Source: Chrysomallon squamiferum
Lineage: Eukaryota; Animalia; Mollusca
Assembly: GCA_012295275.1 (NCBI GenBank)
Contig: CM022678.1
Span: forward strand, 10,974,001-11,038,000
Direction: 5' to 3'
DNA: 64,000 nucleotides
Notes under the pieces: generated by a model
What the model was told of the DNA's origin: nothing
Databases searched by the model: none
What the model saw: only the letters and a program-made list of their open reading frames with translations
Part shown: one piece after another, positions 55,975 through 64,000 of the stretch
Numbering within the stretch: the stretch's first letter is position 1
How the letters are laid out: each line of letters begins with the position of its first letter
Position numbers and translations under genes: made by a program

Positions 55975-56903
55975 ATTTGGAAAACAACAATACAAACATA
56001 AAGAATAAATAATAAATATATAAATATATAAATAAAGGAATAAAGAAAGAAAGAAGAAAGAAAAAGGAAAGAAACTGAATAAAATAGACTAAAAACAAAC
56101 TAATTCATTCATTACCTAATTAAAAATACATATCTGTTTGGCATCTGCTTCAAACAGATAATACCTAATTATACATTAAAAATAATAATTATTATAAATA
56201 CCAATAATAATAACAACGACAACTACAACTACAACAACAATAACAATAAAAGGAGCGACAATAACATGAAAACTAACAATAGAAATAGTAGTAGCTCTAG
56301 TAGTAGTTGTAGTTGTAGTAGTAGTGGCAGTAGTAGTTGCCGTAATGGGAGTGGTAGTGCTAGCAGCAGCTAGGGTAACAATTCTAAGACAAAAATAAAT
56401 TAATGAAAAGAGATTGCTGATGATTGTAACAAATAAATCAATCAATCAATTGATAACTAAATCAATCAATCAACTGAAAACTAACTAACTAAATAAATAA
56501 ATAGATAAATACTACAATTTACTTACTTGTCTAGTGTCAATCAGTAACGTACTTTTTGAAGTTATTACCTGAAATGATGAACAACCGATTTGTGAGCCAC
56601 TTTTTATAGCACTTACATATTTTAAAACTCCATTCTCCGGGATTAAATTGGGAATTCCAAGATCTATTTTTAGAATCGGGGTTTCGTTATTTTCTGAGAA
56701 AAACCTAAGTTACTCTGAAACCTTATGATTGTTTTCATTCGTCCTCTTTATATTATATTATATTATATTATATTATATTATATTATATTATGTTTGTTTC
56801 GTTATATATATTCTACACTACTCTATACTATACTATAATTATGTCATATCATATCACGTTTTCTGATGTAGTGCTGTTTTATTTTGCTGTTAGATAACTC
56901 ACG

Positions 56904-56987
<84 letters not shown>

Positions 56988-57525
56988 CCATTCTCTGTAA
57001 CGCGAGTTATCAAACATGCACGTGACAAAAACACTCTGGGTCATCCCTACACACACAAAACAATCTGCAGACACCCCGCCCTTTAAAACAAGGTAATGTC
57101 CAAATGCATCACCCGATAACCCCGCCCTGGTTACCCCACCCGATAACCCCACCCTGGTTACCCCACCCCAAATTAAAACCGAACACACAACGGAGCCACG
57201 ACAGGACAAAATTAAAAACACACACACACACATAATACCACATCTCAGTTTAGGAAAATGTACCTAATAGAAAATCACCCCACCCATCCAGTTTACCGCG
57301 ATCCCCACCTCAGCACCACAAAAAATACCCCGTACCCCGCGAGTCACTGCCCTATTTAAAATACAACTCGCAAAAAAAACAAAAACAAAAACACAACACG
57401 AATCATAATTTTATTTTCCGGAAAACAAAGCAGGAAATATTTCTTTCTTACGACAATCTCGTTTTCAAGAAAAGCGACTGGAATTTTACTCGCAGCTATT
57501 TTTAGAAGCTGATACACGAAACAAG
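55460..57525. repeat. Second, internally deleted copy of the 50534-55377 unit (A' fused to B')
   Basis: 55460-55878 matches A and 55879-57525 matches B; the junction lies at the (CT)n tract; coding exon and micro-exon cassettes are absent. Confidence 0.85.
56527..56700 (-). promoter_or_regulatory. Duplicated promoter and non-coding exon (exon 56527-56575)
   Basis: TATAAAA 56608-56602, GGGAATTCC 56650-56658, GAS-type TTCTGAGAA 56692-56700, donor GTAAGT at 56526. Confidence 0.55.
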
Positions 57526-57888
57526 GGAGGGGGGCGGAAATATTTGTTTTCGCGGAGTGATATAGCTGTCGGAGCTGCAGTTCGGTTTATTTTTCTTTCT
57601 TTATGTTTATTGTTTGTTGTTTTTTTGTTTTATTTTATTTAATTTTTTGTTTGTTTGTTTGTTTTGTAATTAAATAAATAATATATCTCTGTAAATCTAT
57701 ATATCTATCTGTCTGTCTCTGACTGCCATTAACTAATGATAAATCGCAGCTATTTAATCAGAGTTGCGGCCCTTTATGCTTATCTATGAAGCCAGATCAA
57801 ATAACGAATTTATCTTCAGTCATTTCACTTCCATCATTAATTCCAGAAGAATCAGTCAATCATTAAGAGGTAACATGTTCTCCAGTCG

Positions 57889-57958
<70 letters not shown>

Positions 57959-58081
57959 GTTAATTCATATGAACTGTTTTCTGAACTTAATCCATCTAAT
58001 TCCTCATTTTATCCTGAATAACATCAGTAACAGTGGCAAATATTAGTAAACATAACTATAACATAAATAATAATAATAATA

Positions 58082-58113
<32 letters not shown>

Positions 58114-58499
58114 AATGATAATAAACAAATAAATAAACAAACAAACAATCTACCTGTTGAAATTAAAGTTTTTTTTATAAATTACGCGACTATGAAAAAT
58201 TGCTAAAACAGTTAAATATTCCCATGAAATATGTTTCTTTATCAAGTAGGTCAGTCTTTATTATCAACGTTCAGAGCCATCTCGAGCAGTAAAATATTAA
58301 ATATATTAGAAATATAAAATATATTAAACTTATTAGAAATATTACATATATATATATATATATTACTACGAGTGAATTAGTGAACATATTATATTACACT
58401 ATTAAAATGTTAAATATATTACACTGTTAGAAATATTGATTATATTACACTATAAAAAAATATTAAATATATTACAGCATTAAAAATATCAGCTAAGGT

Positions 58500-59044
58500 A
58501 GATTTGACTTCGCTTGTCCTTCCAACCCGAAGGCAGAAGGGAAACATAAATTAATTCAGCGTCAGTTTGGATGGCTCAGTCTTGATTAGGTTTAGGACAC
58601 CGTAACCACGAAGACTGAGTCGATAGCACAATTACGTCCTAAACTAAAGTCAGTGTGTTGAAAATGTAATTCACTTTGTTACAGAATCTGAATCTCTGAT
58701 GAAATTTATAACAGGAATAATAATAAAAAAAAAAAATAGAATAAATAGAAAAGAGAAGATTTCATGTGTGTGTTTTTTTCTAGCTAGTTTCACTATTTGA
58801 GATCTTGGCCCATAAGACAACGATGGGTATGGCTCATTTGTCCCCACCCCTGGGGCGTTATGAGCCATCATATAAGTGTCACCCACAGTGACGCTGGTGG
58901 AGACAACGTAGACTGTAATCACGAGCAATAATTTCTCTGTAAGCATCAAAAAGTTTTGCTATCGAAAGGTTTGGCAAAATATTTTAAAGATGGCTTGTGG
59001 TATCCAGGTTCCGTGACGTGAAGAACATTGTTGTCTATTTATAG
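58500..59044 (-). other. GC-richer hairpin-rich island downstream of a TATA box; structured ncRNA or small signal-peptide ORF (ATG 58946)
   Basis: CTATAAATAG at 59044-59035; hairpins at 58572-58621, 58816-58880 and 58954-58979; ORF MLTEKLLLVITVYVVSTSVTVG... Confidence 0.3.
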
Positions 59045-59335
59045 CTCACTCGGTTTAGTTGCTAGGAGACGGAAAGTGTTCATTTCAGCAGTTTAAATAT
59101 CTGTAACTATTCTATCCAATATTTGAACACATACACACACACATGCATATATATATATACACACTCAAATACACACACACATGGTAACGGACAGTGAAAC
59201 AGTTATGTTTTAATCCAGGATTTAAAATTTGTGCTGGAAAATTTGTAAAACGGATTGAAAAAACCCAAAAAATATTTCATCCCAAAATGTACTCAAAAGA
59301 ATCAAATTAAAAGCAAAAGTTAAATCTTCACAGAA

Positions 59336-59423
<88 letters not shown>

Positions 59424-59831
59424 CCCAGTGGTGTTGTCCGCTACTGTTTTGTTTAATTTTCAAACAACTACTTTACTACTAAGACACTATTATCAAGAAC
59501 ATAGAGTTTGTTTTAATTACTGTTTAAAGTAGACAAATAGTCGATTTTGCGAGAAAATACAACTTACGTTAAAAACATTAAACCTCCTCTCATATTCCAG
59601 TCTTGATACCAACTAATAAAACAGAATAAAATCAGTCTTTGTAGGTTTATATTCAACAAAAACAGAACAAAGCAATGTAGATAGTTTAGAAACTTAGTAA
59701 GTAATATACAGTGTGCAAAGTCAGTAAGTCATATTCTGTGATTACTAAAAGAGATAAAACAACGGAGAAAAAATCCAATTAGGTCAGTTTAGCAGAGAAA
59801 TTATAGAAGTACATATTTTCGGGTACTGCTG

Positions 59832-59895
59832 TGACGTCATCACGAGTATTTCGATAACGTCATCATTGGTGAATTGTATCATTCATTTGACGTCA
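59832..59895. promoter_or_regulatory. CRE cluster: two perfect TGACGTCA plus a half-site
   Basis: TGACGTCA at 59832-59839 and 59888-59895, with ACGTCA near 59857. Confidence 0.55.
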
Positions 59896-60095
59896 TTACA
59901 TCATTAAAATGGACGTTAGCAGTGACACGAGAAGAGATACAACCACAAATTGCAGTTTTCCTTTTCCTGAAATGAATAAAATGAAGAAACAATGAATGCA
60001 TTTTGATAGAGATCACACGTTTTGTTTTATAAACTAAAATAAAAATTAATTATTTTAATGTTTTCTGTCTGCCTGCCTATCTATCTAACTAATTG

Positions 60096-60170
<75 letters not shown>

Positions 60171-60362
60171 GTCTATCTATCTGTCTGTTTGTCTGTCTGT
60201 CTATCTATCTGTCTGTCTATGTATCTATCTGTGTATCTATCTATCTCTCTGTTTTCTTGTTAATTTTAATGTTGTTGTTGATAACGATCATAATGATTAT
60301 GCCGATGATGACTATGGACCTCGTTACAACAATGAAGATGATGACGATGATGATGCTGATGA

Positions 60363-60562
60363 TCAGGATCGTGAACGACCCAGTGATTCAGATCGACTAG
60401 TTGCGACGACAACGACGTTGACGATCGTGATTGGAACAACAGCGACGAAGACCGTCGCAGCTACAACGACAACGGAAATGAGAGATTTACCAGAGGAAAT
60501 TCGAGGAGCCTGCGGACATTTCTTGGCCATCTCCTTCAAACTGCATTTAATGTTAAACTCTC
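60363..60562 (-). CDS. Cys-rich membrane-anchored protein, exon 4 (final)
   Basis: Acceptor ggtttatttcAG; GEFNIKCSLKEMAKKCPQAPRISSGKSLISVVVVAATVFVAVVPITIVNVVVVATSRSESLGRSRS*; long hydrophobic TM or GPI-type tail. Confidence 0.8.
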
Positions 60563-60639
60563 CTGAAATAAACCAACTGGAATCATAACTTGAATGATAA
60601 CACGTGCAATATCACCTTCTGTAACTAACACGTGGTCAA

Positions 60640-60744
60640 AATAATTATTCTGACATCAGTAAAGACTTTTATTTGATCAAAAATAATTATTTTGACATCA
60701 GTGAAAATTTGTAAAAATTAAGATTTTGACAGCTGTAAAGTTTC

Positions 60745-60784
<40 letters not shown>

Positions 60785-61280
60785 TCTATTTCAGTAAAGT
60801 TTGTTGCTTGGTCAAACATAAATATTTTGACATCTGTAAAGTTTATTACTTTGTAAAAATAAATATTGTTAGTATCTGTAAAATGTTCTTACTTTGTAAA
60901 AATAAATATTTTGACATTTACATCAGTAAATTTAGTTTACACGATCGAAAATAAATATTTTGATATAAGTAAAAAAAAAAAACTTTACACGAAAAAATTA
61001 AATATTTCGACAGTAAAGTTTTTATACGGTCAAAAATAAACATTTTGACGTCAATAAAGTTAATTACTTGAATAATTTGATATGAACGTCAATAAATTTG
61101 TTATATAAATAACTTGAATAATTTCGACGTAAACTTTGTTTTGAACTTGTTATCTCTATATTTGTATCTCTATCAGTAAACTTTGTTATATAAAATCTCT
61201 ATCAGTAAATTTGTTATTTAAATGAACGTCAGTAAATTTGTTAAATAAATAACTTGTTATGTATATCAGTAAACTTTGTT
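60640..61280. repeat. Degenerate intronic minisatellite (ttttgacatcagtaaagttt...aaaataaatatt)
   Basis: Core recurs more than 10 times. Confidence 0.7.
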
Positions 61281-61395
61281 GCTAGGTTAAAAAATAGACA
61301 TGTTTAAGTCAGAATGTTATTTGTACATTGAGTAAATTTGGTAAAAGTTATTGGTGAAAGTGAATAATGTAATAAAACCGCGTGTATTTATTTAC

Positions 61396-61490
61396 CTTGT
61401 CTCTTCTCCTCGATGAATTCTTCCAGGTGACTTCTACACCGTGACTCCAGACTGAGATCATTGACACACTTTACAGCTTCTTCGTAGTCC
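61396..61490 (-). CDS. Cys-rich membrane-anchored protein, exon 3
   Basis: tattttaacAG|g gac tac...DYEEAVKCVNDLSLESRCRSHLEEFIEEKRQ g|GTAAAT; phases 2 to 1 fit the neighbouring exons. Confidence 0.82.
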
Positions 61491-61509
61491 CTGTTAAAAT
61501 ACAGTTCCC

Positions 61510-61584
<75 letters not shown>

Positions 61585-61996
61585 GTGTATATATATATAT
61601 ATGTATGTGTGTGTGTTTGTGTGTGTATATATGTGTATATATATATACACACACACACACACATACATACATATATAGATACAAACATGCATACATACAT
61701 AGATACATAAATGCATTACTTATATATAATTTGATTTATATATTTTTCCTTTCATCCTTTTATTTTATTTTATTTTTTTATTTTTTATTATTTATTTATT
61801 TATTTTGTTTCGACTGCTTTTTTTTAAAGTGTATGTAAATTTTATGTATGTATGTATGTATGTAATTGTGTATGTATGTATGTATGTATGTATGTATGTA
61901 TGTATGTATGTATGTATGTATGTATGTATGTATGTATGTATGTGTATATATATTATATATATAACAACAACAACAACATGATTAAAAATAACTCGC

Positions 61997-62111
61997 CTGC
62001 ATTTGATGCAATCACACGGATTTTTGTCTGGTGAATATTTTTTCCAGTAGTTTTCAACGAGTGAAACGAAACAGGTTCGAGTCTTGTTTCCGTCGACTTC
62101 ACTGCATACCT
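61997..62111 (-). CDS. Cys-rich membrane-anchored protein, exon 2 (GC donor)
   Basis: cacAG|..EVCSEVDGNKTRTCFVSLVENYWKKYSPDKNPCDCIKC AG|GCGAGT; phases 1 to 2 link exons 1 and 3 in frame. Confidence 0.75.
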
Positions 62112-62534
62112 CTGTGTTCGAAACGTTTTATACCTTCTCACGTTAAAAACACGCATACATACGAAAATAAACAAACACATACGTACATAAACAAACACAT
62201 ACGAAAAACACGCACACATACGTACATAAACAAACACGTACGTACATAAACAAACACATACGTAAATAAACAAACACATGCGTACATGATGTGGAATATA
62301 GCTGGAACAGATTTTTCATGTGAATAATTTACAAGTAGCGACTTTTGAAAATTTGTTTTTTTTGAAAGCCTGTTTGAATGCAGGAGTGGACTTTATGAAG
62401 CAAACATCAAAAACCAAAACAAGATAAAACATAAATTATTACCTTCTGACAACACAATTCTTGTTCCTGAAAATATAATATAATATAATATAATATAATA
62501 TAAAATACACACACATACACGTACTTATAAATAT

Positions 62535-62582
<48 letters not shown>

Positions 62583-62701
62583 GCGCGCGCCATTTCCATA
62601 TCCACAGTTTATTTTAAATGCTGCAGATTCGGCTAATTCTATTTTTCTCACAGTGATGGTTACCACAGCAACAAAGAATCGGTATTATTTTCAGCACTTA
62701 C

Positions 62702-62747
62702 CCTGTAACAGCAAGAAAATGCCGCTGAAGACCAGAACCGACTTCAT
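62702..62747 (-). CDS. Cys-rich membrane-anchored protein, exon 1 (signal peptide)
   Basis: gagATGAAG: MKSVLVFSGIFLLLQ G|GTAAGT, a classic phase-1 signal-peptide exon in a CpG-rich 5' region. Total CDS 456 nt, or 151 aa. Confidence 0.82.
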
Positions 62748-63104
62748 CTCCGACTGTTTGACCTCCGACAAGAGAGAGAGAGAGAGAGACGCTAGAAGAG
62801 AAACCCGGCTGTGTGTCAACGCGGAAGGTTTAAGTAGGTGAAATACCAGGAACTCGGACATATCCGGAAAACGGTCTCGAAACACAACGGAAACCAGTGA
62901 GATCAGATTTCGGAAAAACTCTCCGCCTTTCAGTTCTCCCCAGTTATCTTCCTCTTTCTTGTTATTATTGTTTACATGTGTGCAATGATATTAGTAATCC
63001 GTGTGTGCGTGTATATTAGTAATACGTGTGTACGTGTATCTTAGTAATACGTGTCTGTAAGGCAGTATTACAAGTATACATTTACCTTATTGTTCTTCTT
63101 GTTG

Positions 63105-63124
63105 TATTATTATTATTACTATTA

Positions 63125-63161
<37 letters not shown>

Positions 63162-63470
63162 CATTATTATTACTATTATTATTATTATTACTACTACTAT
63201 TATTATTATTATTATCATTATTAATATTATTATTACTATTATTATCATTATCATTATTATTATTATTATCATCATCATCATCATCATTATTATCATCATC
63301 ATCATTATTATTATTACTATTATTATCATTATCATTTTCATTATTATTATTATTATCATCATCATCATCATCATTATTATTATTATCATCATCATCATCA
63401 TCATCATTATTATTATTATTATTATTACTGTTGTTGTAAGTGGTTTTGCTATCATTATCATCATCATCAT
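63105..63470. repeat. (TAT)n/(CAT)n trinucleotide microsatellite
   Basis: Directly visible; explains the poly-L/S and poly-I/M ORFs. Confidence 0.93.
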
Positions 63471-63517
63471 AATTTTTTTCGTTTCTATTTTTTTGTTCTT
63501 TCTTCCTTTCTTTCTTT

Positions 63518-63548
<31 letters not shown>

Positions 63549-64000
63549 CAGCTGATGATGATGATGATGACGATGCTGCTAACGGTGACATATTATTACA
63601 TTACTCAAGTCTCTGCAGAGCACCACGTACCAGGAAGTCATCACAGGCACTGACCAGGAAGTTTTAAAACAAAAGTAACATACTCATCTACTTCAGAGTT
63701 CAGTCAACAATTTTAATTTATAATTGAGCATAATCTACGTCACTGTTCAGTTAAATATTTGTTTTCAAGTTAGGTAATATAATAACCTACTAATTTTTTT
63801 TTTTTTTTTGTTATTATTATTATTATTTTTTTTTTTGTTGTTGTTAAATTGGGAAGGAAGCGTTTGATAGTTCGGGGTGGGGTTATGCTTTAGGCAAAGG
63901 GGGGATGGATTCAAAGGTGGGATACGTAAATAGTTATAGTTTGAAGTTATAAATGTCACAGGTCTGTTTTGTTCTTCATCGTGATTTCATAAGAAACGGA

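Noticed and set aside
58696-58765. CTGATGA hammerhead-ribozyme core
   Set aside because: No stem II followed by GAAA and no closing stems.
58816-58880. Possible SECIS element (AUGA..AA.. hairpin on the minus strand)
   Set aside because: No matching GA on the 3' side for the non-Watson-Crick quartet, helix too short and no UGA-containing selenoprotein ORF nearby.
60058-60588. 176-aa plus-strand acidic/Thr-rich ORF
   Set aside because: Antisense shadow of the minus-strand final exon plus (CTAT)n and (GAT)n repeats.
61046-61053. Additional perfect CRE
   Set aside because: It is a single-base variant of the surrounding ttttgacatca minisatellite unit and probably incidental.

Overview
AT-rich, microsatellite-dense eukaryotic DNA from an intron-rich animal; an invertebrate such as a mollusc is an inference from composition only. 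Almost all ORFs in the supplied track are translated microsatellites. Manual splice reconstruction gives four protein-coding genes. (1) A cAMP-dependent protein kinase inhibitor (PKI) on the minus strand, 2 coding exons, about 74 aa. (2) A complete 12-exon SERINC (serine incorporator/TDE) gene on the plus strand, 37151-47835, 460 aa. (3) An unrecognised 56-aa Ser/Thr/Ala-rich minus-strand micro-protein with an N-myristoylation motif and two internal pseudo-repeats, behind a TATA/Inr promoter carrying NF-kB- and STAT-like sites. (4) A 4-exon, 151-aa Cys-rich protein with a signal peptide and C-terminal membrane anchor, a GC-AG intron and a neuritin/CPG15-like cysteine pattern. The most unusual features are tandem arrays built from SERINC exon-intron junctions (9 donor, 14 donor and 5 acceptor copies), a possible UGA-C readthrough adding a PDZ-type tail to SERINC, a rearranged 50.5-57.5 kb block (tandem duplication, internal deletion, inverted arms, plus-strand micro-exon triplet) and a hairpin-rich island downstream of a TATA box near 58.5-59.0 kb. 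All coordinates were counted by hand and no database searches were run.
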